Source: Candidatus Latescibacterota bacterium (GTDB lineage Bacteria > Latescibacterota > UBA2968 > UBA8231). From it: DNA of 64,000 bases. Position numbers and translations under genes: made by a program. This document shows positions 48,827-58,633 of the stretch, one piece after another. Where the stretch lies: NCBI GenBank assembly GCA_965197905.1, contig CBDAOB010000002.1:1-64000 (forward strand). The letters are read 5' to 3'. How positions within the stretch are numbered: the stretch's first letter is position 1; every line of letters begins with the position of its first letter. The notes beneath the pieces are model-generated. The model did no database searches. It saw nothing but the letters and a program-made list of their open reading frames with translations, and was not told the origin of the DNA.

Positions 48827-50125
48827 ATGACCGATCAGAGCTGGTTCTCCCGCGATCGATTCGGACTCTTTATTCACTGGGGTCTCTACGCCCTGCCGGC
48901 ACGCCACGAGTGGGTGAAACAGCGGGAGGAGATCCCCGACGAACAGTACGACCCGTATTTCAAGTTTTTCGATCCGGATCTTTACGATCCCCGGCTGTGG
49001 GCCAACGCTGCCGCGGGTGCGGGCATGAAGTACTTCGTGGTCACCACCAAACACCACGAAGGGTTTTGCCTGTGGGATTCCCAGCTGACCGACTACAAGG
49101 CTACCAACACCCCCGCCGGACGCGATCTCATCGGACCGATGATCGACGCCTTTCGCGACGCTCAAATGCGGGTGGGATTCTACCACTCCCTCATCGACTG
49201 GCACCATTCGGACTTCGTCATCGACGATCTGCACTCCATGCGCAATCACCCCGATCGGGAGAAGCTCAACAAGAACCGGCAGCAGCAGCGATACATCGAG
49301 TATCTGCACGGGCAGGCGCGGGAGCTCTTGAGTCAGTTCGGTACCATCGACGTGATGTTCTACGACTTCAGCTATCCGGCGAGCGACCAGCGGTGGGCGA
49401 GGGAAGGCTGGCAGGGCAAAGGAAGGGAGGAGTGGGACAGCAAGGAGCTGATCCGGATGACGCGGGAGCTGCAGCCGAATATCGTCGTCAACGACCGGCT
49501 CGACCTCAACGATGTGGAGGGCGGTTGGGACTACCGGACTCCGGAGCAGTTCATGCCGCGGGAGTGGGTGACGATCGACGGCAAGCAGGTTCGCTGGGAG
49601 ACCTGCCAGACCTTTTCCGGCTCCTGGGGGTACCACCGGGATGAGACGAGCTGGAAAAGCGTAGCGCAGCTGGTACGCATGCTGGTGGAGGTGGTGAGCA
49701 AAGGTGGGAACCTGCTGTTGAACGTGGGACCGACGGGGCGGGGAGAGTTCGATGCCCGCGCCCTAGATCGACTCGCAGGCATGGGCGCGTGGATGTTCCG
49801 CCACGGTCGTTCCATCTACGGATGCACCCAGGCGCCGGCGGAATTTGTCGGCTCGCCTCATTGCTGCCTCACCTACGACCCGGAGCGACGGCGGATCTAT
49901 GCCCATGTATTCACCTGGCCGTTCGAACAGCTCCACCTGGATGGATTCGCCGGCAAGGTGGAGTACGCCCAGCTGTTAAACGACGCCTCGGAAATCCAAT
50001 CTACCGAAGACCCCGGGCACCACCGGGCCAGCAGCGAGGAGGATCGTCAGACATTGACATTGAAGCTTCCCGTGCGGCAACCCGACGTCGCGGTACCGGT
50101 GATCGAGCTCTTCCTCAAATCCTAA
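48827..50125 (+). CDS. Alpha-L-fucosidase (GH29)
   Basis: FGLFIHWG, TKHHEGFCLW, GGNLLLNVGP. Confidence 0.93.
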   Translation: MTDQSWFSRDRFGLFIHWGLYALPARHEWVKQREEIPDEQYDPYFKFFDPDLYDPRLWANAAAGAGMKYFVVTTKHHEGFCLWDSQLTDYKATNTPAGRDLIGPMIDAFRDAQMRVGFYHSLIDWHHSDFVIDDLHSMRNHPDREKLNKNRQQQRYIEYLHGQARELLSQFGTIDVMFYDFSYPASDQRWAREGWQGKGREEWDSKELIRMTRELQPNIVVNDRLDLNDVEGGWDYRTPEQFMPREWVTIDGKQVRWETCQTFSGSWGYHRDETSWKSVAQLVRMLVEVVSKGGNLLLNVGPTGRGEFDARALDRLAGMGAWMFRHGRSIYGCTQAPAEFVGSPHCCLTYDPERRRIYAHVFTWPFEQLHLDGFAGKVEYAQLLNDASEIQSTEDPGHHRASSEEDRQTLTLKLPVRQPDVAVPVIELFLKS

Positions 50126-50151
50126 CCTTTCATAACGCCGAGAGGCCTATC

Positions 50152-51945
50152 GTGAAGACAGTTCGCGTTTCGACATCCGATTCCCATCCCGCTCCCGCGT
50201 GGGCCGTTAGCCAGCGCCATCTGATCGACGTCATGAACGAGGCCGCTCCCAAGTTTCAGGAGCGTTACACCCGCGACGACGGCACATTGATCTGGCGCGA
50301 CGAATTCCCCGGCATGGACGGCTCCGACGACGGCTACGAGAGTTTCTACAACTGGCCCTTGTTCTACGCCCTCGGCGGCCGCGCCGACATGGAGGAGCGC
50401 AGTCGGTTCCTCTGGGATGCCGTTACCCGGCAGTTTACCGACTACGGACTGGTGCATCGGGAGTTCGACGGGTATTACGACTGGATGCACCACGGGGAGT
50501 CCTATCTCTACTTCTACTTCTTTGGCTTGGCCGACGCCAACCGCCAGGCCGGGCGGGCGCGCAACTTCGCGAACATGTACACCGGGGCCGATCCCGAGGC
50601 ACCCAACTGGGATGCGGAAAAACGGATGATCCGCTCGCCGATCAACGGTAGCCGCGGTCCGCACTTCAAATACACCTGGGATGACTGGTCCACCTGTCGC
50701 TGGGATCTGGCCCAATACCAGGTGCCGTTCGATGATCTCGACGTGCCAACGGAGATGCGCGAGTTTCGCGGCGAGATCGTCCCCATCGCCGACTGGAAGG
50801 AGGACCGAGTCTACGAGGTGATCTTGGAAGCGTTGAACGAACGCCAGATGCACGGCGACGTACCGCTCAACCTTTCAGCCACCAGCCTGGTGACGAATGC
50901 CTATATCTACACCGGCGAAGAGAGCTACCGGAAGTGGGTGTTGGATTACCTGGAGGCGTGGGCAGAACGCATCGAAGCCAACGGCGGCCTCTGCCCCGAC
51001 AACGTGGGCCACAGCGGCGCGATCGGCGAAACGCTGGATGGAAAATGGTTTGGGGGGTATTACGGTTGGAGCTGGCCCCACGGATTCACGAACATCATCG
51101 AATCACTGAGTATCGCCGCCATGAACGCGGTGCTGATGACCGGCGACATGAGCTACCTGGAGATTCCCCGAGGTCAAATGCGGAGGATGCTGGAATTGGG
51201 TCGCGTCGAAAACGGGCGTTTGCTGATGCCGCATCGCTACAGCGACCGGGGTTGGACCGGTTACAGTCCGGTGAAGCCCGGGTTTCTGGTGCCTCTCTGG
51301 TATGTCTCGCAGGACGAGAACGACCTGCACCTGATCGAGGAACTTCCAGATTGCAGCACCCACTGGCCGAGCCTCGACGGGGACAGCGACTCCTTCCACA
51401 CCGGTGCGTGGTACAGCTACATCCGCGGCAGGAACTCGGAGTACCCAAGCCAGCTGCTGCAGGCGCAACTGGATGAGGTGAAAGAGCGAATCGAGCTGCC
51501 CGACGAAGGGGAGCCCAGCACCTGGAATGTGCACCATTGGCAGCGGCGCAATCCGGTGCGCACGACGGCGCTGGTGCAGATGACCACCGGAGGACCGGAC
51601 CCGATCTACCACGGGGGTTTGCTGCATACCCGCCTGCGTTATTACGATCCTCAAGCGGGACGGCCCGGGTTGCCGGAACAAACGGCGGCGCTGGTCAGCG
51701 CGATCGAAGAGGACAAGGTTACGGTGGATCTGGTGAATCTGGATCCGGGGGACCCTCGTCGGATTCAGCTACAGGCGGGGGCGTTTGCCGAGCACGAGTT
51801 CACCGAGCTGAAAGAAACGGGCGAAGACCAGGTGCTGCAGATCGATGGTCCTCACTTCGAGATCGAGTTGGCGGCCGGCGGTCAGGGCAGGTTCGAAATC
51901 GGCATGCGCCGCTACTGTAGCCGGCCGACCTACCAACAGCCGTAG
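50152..51945 (+). CDS. Conserved hypothetical protein, aromatic-rich (possible alpha/alpha-barrel glycan enzyme)
   Basis: Long ORF in operon; DDGYESFYNWPLFY, YDWMHHGE; GTG start after GAGG. Confidence 0.7.
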   Translation: MKTVRVSTSDSHPAPAWAVSQRHLIDVMNEAAPKFQERYTRDDGTLIWRDEFPGMDGSDDGYESFYNWPLFYALGGRADMEERSRFLWDAVTRQFTDYGLVHREFDGYYDWMHHGESYLYFYFFGLADANRQAGRARNFANMYTGADPEAPNWDAEKRMIRSPINGSRGPHFKYTWDDWSTCRWDLAQYQVPFDDLDVPTEMREFRGEIVPIADWKEDRVYEVILEALNERQMHGDVPLNLSATSLVTNAYIYTGEESYRKWVLDYLEAWAERIEANGGLCPDNVGHSGAIGETLDGKWFGGYYGWSWPHGFTNIIESLSIAAMNAVLMTGDMSYLEIPRGQMRRMLELGRVENGRLLMPHRYSDRGWTGYSPVKPGFLVPLWYVSQDENDLHLIEELPDCSTHWPSLDGDSDSFHTGAWYSYIRGRNSEYPSQLLQAQLDEVKERIELPDEGEPSTWNVHHWQRRNPVRTTALVQMTTGGPDPIYHGGLLHTRLRYYDPQAGRPGLPEQTAALVSAIEEDKVTVDLVNLDPGDPRRIQLQAGAFAEHEFTELKETGEDQVLQIDGPHFEIELAAGGQGRFEIGMRRYCSRPTYQQP

Positions 51946-52007
51946 GTCTGTCGGCGCGGGGGTTGGCGTCGGCGCCTAGCCCGCACCTGCAGGCACTAGC
52001 TCGATAG

Positions 52008-54098
52008 TCAAGCCGGCCCCACGTCGCGGAGATCCACCCCGTGGATTTCCAGCGCCTCCAGCTGACTGCTCGGTTCGACGCGAAAATCCAGGCCGTCGGC
52101 ATCCTTGAAGCGAACCTCCGTAACGGCTCCGTTCGCTTCGAATCCTTGATCGCGCATCTCTTGTAACGCTACCTGCGCCCAGGTTTCGTTCGCGGCGGCC
52201 CAGTAGACGTTCTTGTCCACCTCCTTGAGACCCTGCGCTTTTTCCAGTTTCACGAACGACAGGTTCTCGTCGACCGAGTTGAGGAACACGTTGCGCTGGA
52301 CCGTTGAGTGGTCGCAGGGATCCCGCCGTACGACCAGGCACCCGATCAGCGGTGCCCGGAAATCGATGAACAGGTTGTCTTCCACCGTGTTGTCATGTTT
52401 CAGCACGAAACCGGCGTAGGTGCAGTGCCGCACGACGTTGTGATGCCAGCGGCTGCCCCGGGTCCAATCGTCGGTGCGCAACGCGCCGTGATGATCACGG
52501 AATACCACGTGGTGGACGTAATTGAAACAGACCTCGTTGCCGATGCCGCAACCCGAAACGTAGATGGCGTTGCCGTCTTCCATCGACTCGCAGGTGTGGT
52601 GCAGCTCGTTGTGCGAAACTCGGTTGTGGCGAGAGTGCAGGAACGGGAAAACGTCTTCCCACGGCACGTCCTGGGGAACGTTTCCGAAACTCCCCGTCTC
52701 GTCATGTCTGACGGTGCGGCCGTTTTCGCGATAGTCGGGCATAGCGAAGTATGGCGGGCGCACCCCGATAACGGCGAGGCCGGTGTAGGGCATGTGGTGA
52801 ATGAGATTGTGGGCGATCTCGTTCTCACCACTCTGCCACACCATGATTCCCAGACTGTGCCAGAGGATCTCGGCGCAGTTGTGAACGGTGTTGTTAATGA
52901 CCCGGTTTTGTTTGTTGACGTCGAGGGTGCCCGGACCGTGGCCGCACAGCAGGATTCCGGTGCCGCCCAGATGTTCCACCGTGTTGCCGTCGATCCGGTT
53001 GTGTTTGGCGTGGCGATCGAGACGTATACCGTCCCCGGATGAGGCGGTGAAGCGGCAGCCTTCTACTGCGATGCGCTCGGCGCCGCGCAAGCGCACGAGG
53101 GCGTTGTCCTTGTCCCACATGTCCCAATCGTGCTGCACGCCGGCGTCGGTGGGCGTCAGGGTTTCGCGGGCGCCGTGCACGAAGGTGATGCCCTCGAATC
53201 TCAAATATCGGGGGAAGCGTTTATTGGCTTCATCCCCTTCGATGCGAACGAGCTCGGTCAACTGTGGATAGCAGATCTCGTCCCCAGGTTCGCCCTCGGC
53301 CGGCCAGAGGTAGATACACCTGGCGACGCTGTCGTAGACCCACTCTCCGGGTGCGTCCAGAACCTCCAGGTAGTTCTCCAACCAGCAGGGCCGGTGCTCC
53401 GTCCCCTCCAGGTGGGTGATCTCGCAGGTCATCGGGTAGGTGGCGGGCACTGTGGTAACGGCTCGCCCGGAAGACCGATTGACCTCGGCGAAGGTGAGGA
53501 AGTTGCAGATCCATCCGTACCTCGGGCGCACGAACAGCTCCACGTCTTCCAGGTTGTCCCAGCTTCCGATCATTTCGGGAGGGAGGTAGACCACATCCGG
53601 TCGTACGTCTGGGAGGTTGGGGTAGCGATTCAATTCCGGCGCGGTCTTATCCGGTTCCTGCGTCGGATTGAAGTTGCGGGAGCGGGCTCGCGGCAGCCGC
53701 TGGAGACCATTGTAAAGAGTTGTAACGCGAGGTGCGGATTCGGGAAGTTCGGCAACCCACACTTTCCCCGCCGCCGGCGCCGGAAGATTCGGCGGTTTTT
53801 CTTCCAACCGTCGCCAGCCGGTAACCGGGACGCCGGATCCGACAAAGACGTTCTCACCCTCGCCGTGCCAAACGATTGGATGCTGATCGGTGCCACTATC
53901 CTCCGGCCCGAGCACGAGGGTCTCCGTGAGTCGGTGATACCCCTCGTGCAGCACGACCTTTACGGCCACGCCGTCCTTTGGCATCGAGCGCGCCAGATCA
54001 CGGGCAGCAGCCAGTGAGGCAAGAGGACTTGCATTCTCACCGTCGCCACTATCGGTTCCTGCCGGCGATACGTGGATCTCAACTGTAGCGTTGTTCAT
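52008..54098 (-). CDS. Right-handed parallel beta-helix protein (GH141-like)
   Basis: VSPAGTD.GDG, LDAPGEW, repeated N.I..N.I strands, DGNAIY. Confidence 0.8.
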   Translation of the reverse strand: MNNATVEIHVSPAGTDSGDGENASPLASLAAARDLARSMPKDGVAVKVVLHEGYHRLTETLVLGPEDSGTDQHPIVWHGEGENVFVGSGVPVTGWRRLEEKPPNLPAPAAGKVWVAELPESAPRVTTLYNGLQRLPRARSRNFNPTQEPDKTAPELNRYPNLPDVRPDVVYLPPEMIGSWDNLEDVELFVRPRYGWICNFLTFAEVNRSSGRAVTTVPATYPMTCEITHLEGTEHRPCWLENYLEVLDAPGEWVYDSVARCIYLWPAEGEPGDEICYPQLTELVRIEGDEANKRFPRYLRFEGITFVHGARETLTPTDAGVQHDWDMWDKDNALVRLRGAERIAVEGCRFTASSGDGIRLDRHAKHNRIDGNTVEHLGGTGILLCGHGPGTLDVNKQNRVINNTVHNCAEILWHSLGIMVWQSGENEIAHNLIHHMPYTGLAVIGVRPPYFAMPDYRENGRTVRHDETGSFGNVPQDVPWEDVFPFLHSRHNRVSHNELHHTCESMEDGNAIYVSGCGIGNEVCFNYVHHVVFRDHHGALRTDDWTRGSRWHHNVVRHCTYAGFVLKHDNTVEDNLFIDFRAPLIGCLVVRRDPCDHSTVQRNVFLNSVDENLSFVKLEKAQGLKEVDKNVYWAAANETWAQVALQEMRDQGFEANGAVTEVRFKDADGLDFRVEPSSQLEALEIHGVDLRDVGPA

Positions 54099-54394
54099 AA
54101 GAATCCTCTCCGATGCAGTGGGGCATCCCAGGAATCTACCGGAAAATTGGTGCTGGTCGAGGGGTGGCGTGGTAGTTCCCTGCAGCTCACTAGCAGACCG
54201 GGCCGCGAGGCCGGGTTGCCCGGAGCGGGTTCATTCAAATTAAAAGACAATCGCCGTTTGGCAGCGGACGGGGGCGGACGGTCTAAGCGGGTTCAATGCG
54301 TCCGAAGCCGCAGGATTGCGGCGAAGGATGCAATGCCTCGGAGCCCGACACGATGTCGGGCGAGAATGAGCGAAACCGTCCGGCACTGTCCGCT

Positions 54395-55387
54395 TTACGC
54401 CATGGTCTCCAGCATCTCCAACGTCACCTGGTATCGCAGCGGCTCACCGGCTTCCCAGCGTTCGAACTCGGCGATTACGTAGTCTGCCTGGCGTTTGATC
54501 TCGTCACCCTTCGACCCGGCGATATGGGGGCTCAGGTAGACGTTCGGCAAGGAAAAGAGCGGCGAGCCCTCCACGGGTGGCTCCGGGTAGGTGACATCGA
54601 GAAGCGCGGTCAGGTCCGGCCGGCGTTGCATCACCTCTGCCAGCTCCGCTTCCACCACCTGGGCGCCACGGCCGGTGTTGATGAAAGTGGCGCCTTGCCG
54701 CATGCTCGCCAAGAGTGCGCCGTCAAGCAAACCTCTGGTCGCCGGCAAGTCCGGAAGATGGTTGCTCACTACAAAAGCCTGCGCAAACAACTCTTCCAGC
54801 GAGACCTGCCTTAGGTCCGACTCTTCTGCGTCGGCTTCATTCAAATAAGGATCGCATGCCAACGCATGCAGGTCGAACGGTTTCAGTAGCTGCGCCACGC
54901 GGCGGCCTACCATGCCCAAACCGATGAGACCGACGGTTTCGCCAAACGCCCCGGGCACGATCGGGGCGTCCTTCCATCCTCGCGGCGACTCGCACCGGTC
55001 GGCGCACCGGAAATACCCTTTACACGACAGCAGTATCTGCGACAGGGTGAACTCGGCCACTGGAACAGCATTAGCTGCCCACGAGCTCACCAGCAGGATA
55101 TCCCGTTCCAAAATGGGGCGGGCAAATCCCCGCACCGAGCCGGCGGCGTAGAACACGGCTTCCAGCGCCGGTAACCGGGACAGTTCGTCGGGGCCCAGCG
55201 GAACCATTCCCCAGGTGGAGAAGATCACCTGCAGGCCTTGAAGCTGTTCAACGTGATCTGAGAAGGTGCTGCTGGAAATCGTCGCAGAATAGAGATCGAC
55301 CATCGACTCGATCCGTCGCCGCCGCCCGTTCGCGAAGACGCGGTCCAGGCGGTCCGAATCTTCGCTGAAGAAGGCCGCTTTCTTCAC
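54395..55387 (-). CDS. D-2-hydroxyacid dehydrogenase family protein
   Basis: GLIGLGMVG, FINTGRG, LDVTYPEP, SPHIAG. Confidence 0.9.
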   Translation of the reverse strand: MKKAAFFSEDSDRLDRVFANGRRRRIESMVDLYSATISSSTFSDHVEQLQGLQVIFSTWGMVPLGPDELSRLPALEAVFYAAGSVRGFARPILERDILLVSSWAANAVPVAEFTLSQILLSCKGYFRCADRCESPRGWKDAPIVPGAFGETVGLIGLGMVGRRVAQLLKPFDLHALACDPYLNEADAEESDLRQVSLEELFAQAFVVSNHLPDLPATRGLLDGALLASMRQGATFINTGRGAQVVEAELAEVMQRRPDLTALLDVTYPEPPVEGSPLFSLPNVYLSPHIAGSKGDEIKRQADYVIAEFERWEAGEPLRYQVTLEMLETMA

Positions 55388-55393
55388 CGCGAG

Positions 55394-56362
55394 TCAGGCG
55401 CAGGCGGGATTTGATTCGGTCCAGCGGTTGTAGGTGGGATCGTCTCTCGGCGCCAGGCGGTCGCGGGCATCGCGCCACATAACATGCCAGGTAACGGGAT
55501 CGTGCAACTCCGTTTCCGGCTTGGAACGGCTGCGCGCCACGAACCCGGGGAACTCGCTGCGTCCGGTAGGTTGTCCCGTGGGACTATACCGCAGATCGAA
55601 ACTCCAGCGGATCTGGTCGCTGGTGTTGGCGAGAGAGCCGTGGCAGGTATAGCGACTCATGAAAAGGACGTCGCCCGCATCCATGGGAACGGGGATGGTT
55701 TCCTCCTCGGCGAAGAACCGGGTGGGAATCTCGTATCCCCCGGTGGGCTGAGGACAATGTGGCTGAAGACGATCCCGATGGCTTCCCGCCACCAGCTTGA
55801 TACAGCCATGCTCTTCTCTGGAAGGCGTAAGTGGGAGCCAGACGGTCAGCATCTCGGTGTCGTCCGCTTCGGGCAGCACGACCCCGCTATCCTGATGCCA
55901 GCGCGTCGCTTTGACCAGGTCGTTCGCCTGCATCTCCGACAACAGATCTTCCGGAGGTTTGATGCGAACGTGCTGGACGGGAGTGGAGAAGATCTCGGGT
56001 CCAATGAAAGATTCGGCGGCATCCAGCAGCTTCTCGTTGCGCAGCAGCCAGAAAACGGCCGGGCCGGCCCAGAACGGGGTGTCCGCTTCGACCCCTTTCT
56101 GCGGCAGGCTTATGTCCAGGTGTTGCGCCGTCTGGCGCCCGGATTCCACGTAGATTTGGGTGAGGCGCTCGCCAAATGGCAACCCGGCGTATGTCGAGGT
56201 GATCTCGCCCTTTTTCAACAAAGTACCGGCAACGTCGTCCAGTAGAGCGCTGTATTCCTCGACGACCGGTTGCAGATCCTCGTCGAAGTCCAGCAGACCT
56301 TCGACGACGAGATACCCGTCTCGCTCGAACTCTTCCACCTGCTCATGGCTCAAACTGGCCAC
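55394..56362 (-). CDS. Phytanoyl-CoA dioxygenase family protein
   Basis: FERDGY, WHQD, VWLPL, GSH, HGS.N....RWSFDLRY. Confidence 0.9.
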   Translation of the reverse strand: MASLSHEQVEEFERDGYLVVEGLLDFDEDLQPVVEEYSALLDDVAGTLLKKGEITSTYAGLPFGERLTQIYVESGRQTAQHLDISLPQKGVEADTPFWAGPAVFWLLRNEKLLDAAESFIGPEIFSTPVQHVRIKPPEDLLSEMQANDLVKATRWHQDSGVVLPEADDTEMLTVWLPLTPSREEHGCIKLVAGSHRDRLQPHCPQPTGGYEIPTRFFAEEETIPVPMDAGDVLFMSRYTCHGSLANTSDQIRWSFDLRYSPTGQPTGRSEFPGFVARSRSKPETELHDPVTWHVMWRDARDRLAPRDDPTYNRWTESNPACA

Positions 56363-56606
56363 GGATTCCTCCTATTCTCGATCCCGATTTTGCGCCCAGC
56401 AATATCAGGCAAGACTGCTGCTCACGCAATTACGTTCGCCTGAGTAGTGTTTGCCGCACTGAACAGAGGTTCGCCCTGCCAAACAGCCCTTCGGCCCAAA
56501 CCCTGACTCCAAAAAAATCTATAAACTTTCTTGCTTCGCCTGGCTAGATATCTCAATTTATAAGACAATACCATCATTTTAACCCCCTAAACAGGAGGAT
56601 GAGAAA

Positions 56607-58493
56607 ATGGGTAAGCGATACCTTTCTTTTACGGTGCTCGCCCTGGTAGTTCTGGTTGCCGGCAGCGCGCAGAGCCAGACCACACCTTGGGAGACTGCCT
56701 TCAACGGATGGACCGGAGAGCTGGTGGTGCCTGAGTTTTCGGGCACACCCAAGGTTATGAAGGTGTCCGTCCAGGATGTTTCCTGGAACGGTAGTGGTTC
56801 TGTGACCGTTCCTTTCACATCCAACCAGCGGGGCCGGGCCTGGCTCGTAATCTACAGGAAAGGCTCCAACACCACGGGTGCCACTGGCCCAAACGGGGCC
56901 TGGGTCCGACTAGTAGCCCAAGATCTTTACGTCAACCACGTGGGTCCGGTGGATATCGAGTCGGGCAACAGCTCCATCACCTGGAACGGCCAGGATTTCG
57001 AGGGCAACGCCGCAGGTTCCGGGAACTACGAGTTCGACATTGTCGCCTTCAACGGCAAGGACAAGCTCACCCTGGTGGGTCCGGGCATGATGCCGGGCCA
57101 GACCTGGAACGAGACCCACATCGATACCAAGTCGAATCCGGCCGAGATCTGGTCACCGGAAGGGGCGGGAACGCCGTCGGATGTGATTCGCGGCGAGATC
57201 GGTACGGACTACCTGGCCAACCCAAACGCCTGGGACAGCTACTCCTTCGCTAGCTTGTATCCGTGTGCGGAGGGCGGTTGCAATCACTGCGGCGTCGTGC
57301 CCGACGATACTACCGTCGGAGTCTACTGGGCTTGCGACTTCTCCGGCGAATTTGGCGGCACCTACAAGATGACCATAAATCGCGCTGCCCAGTCGTTCGA
57401 GGCCGACACATCCTTTGGACAGAATGGATGGTTTCCCCTCACCGAGGATCGCAACGGGAACATCCATCCCTGGGAAAACCTGGTCATCGCCACTCACTGG
57501 AGCGTGGCGGACAATCCGCTGACTGGGATCGAATTCCACGACAAGACCACCGGCGAGATCGTCAAGTTCATCGATACTAACGATTTCTTCGTCGATCTCG
57601 GTGTGGACGACGATGGGAACGAAACGGTCACCCCAACCGGTCCCGGCAAGTTGGACGTGAACGCCCAGGGCATCTACATCAGCACCTGGCGGTTCAAAGC
57701 ACCGATCATTTTCATGGACCATGACGGCAACATTCACTGGGCCAACCTGCAGGGAGACGGCATCGGCCAGACAATCGATGTCGAGGAAGGGGTGGAGCTG
57801 GGCATCCCGGCCCGCGTTGCCATAGTGATCAACGTCAGGGGGGACATCAGCGGCAACGCGACATTCCTTAGCGAGACCCTGGCTACCGAAGGTTCTATCG
57901 TATCCTTCCTCGGCCGCGATGGCACCGGTATCGGACATATGCAACCTAGCGGAGTAATAGGTCCTACCTACGAATATGCCGAGGACAACTTCTCCATGAT
58001 CCGCGGGATGGATCTGGTGTCGGAAAACGGACCGTATGACGGCATCTACTATGACGCCCATATGAGCATGCTGACGAAAGCGTACACTCCCGGGGACGCG
58101 GAAGAGCTGGTCACCGGCCCGGGCATGTTCATGCACGTCCCCTACGATGTGGCCTCGGGGCGTCTCGGAGCGGGTGTCACCGCCGTGGAGTCTGTAGGCG
58201 CGGCTGGCACCCCGGACAGCTACAGCTTGAGCGATGCGTATCCCAATCCGTTCAACCCGGAGACGACGATCGAGTTCGCTATTCCAACCGATGGTCACGT
58301 CAAGTTACAGGTCTACAACACGGCCGGTCAGTTGGTCAATACCGTCGTGGATGAGGTGTTGAATGCGGGCGTCTACCGGGACACCTGGGAAGCGCAGGAC
58401 AGCAACGGTCAGTCGGTATCCAGCGGTGTCTATTTCTACCGCATGGAGGCGGGAGACTTCGTCGACACGCGATCCATGACGCTACTCAAGTAG
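56607..58493 (+). CDS. Secreted protein with FlgD-Ig domain and C-terminal sorting-like domain
   Basis: Signal peptide; WNGQD.EGN; YPNPFNPET...SSGVYFYRM...MTLLK. Confidence 0.85.
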   Translation: MGKRYLSFTVLALVVLVAGSAQSQTTPWETAFNGWTGELVVPEFSGTPKVMKVSVQDVSWNGSGSVTVPFTSNQRGRAWLVIYRKGSNTTGATGPNGAWVRLVAQDLYVNHVGPVDIESGNSSITWNGQDFEGNAAGSGNYEFDIVAFNGKDKLTLVGPGMMPGQTWNETHIDTKSNPAEIWSPEGAGTPSDVIRGEIGTDYLANPNAWDSYSFASLYPCAEGGCNHCGVVPDDTTVGVYWACDFSGEFGGTYKMTINRAAQSFEADTSFGQNGWFPLTEDRNGNIHPWENLVIATHWSVADNPLTGIEFHDKTTGEIVKFIDTNDFFVDLGVDDDGNETVTPTGPGKLDVNAQGIYISTWRFKAPIIFMDHDGNIHWANLQGDGIGQTIDVEEGVELGIPARVAIVINVRGDISGNATFLSETLATEGSIVSFLGRDGTGIGHMQPSGVIGPTYEYAEDNFSMIRGMDLVSENGPYDGIYYDAHMSMLTKAYTPGDAEELVTGPGMFMHVPYDVASGRLGAGVTAVESVGAAGTPDSYSLSDAYPNPFNPETTIEFAIPTDGHVKLQVYNTAGQLVNTVVDEVLNAGVYRDTWEAQDSNGQSVSSGVYFYRMEAGDFVDTRSMTLLK

Positions 58494-58505
58494 CTCGTGC
58501 GACGG

Positions 58506-58531
58506 ACAGGGCCGCAACACAGCCCTGTTTT
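58506..58531 (+). terminator. Putative rho-independent terminator
   Basis: ACAGGGC-N9-GCCCTGT followed by T run, just after stop. Confidence 0.55.
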
Positions 58532-58633
58532 GAATCAACGCTAGAGAGGCCGGCTCCGGGATGTTCCTGGAGTCGGCTTTTCTCTGCTTCGACGTGGTTA
58601 TTCCAACGGGATTCCCTAGGACACCTTACCCCT

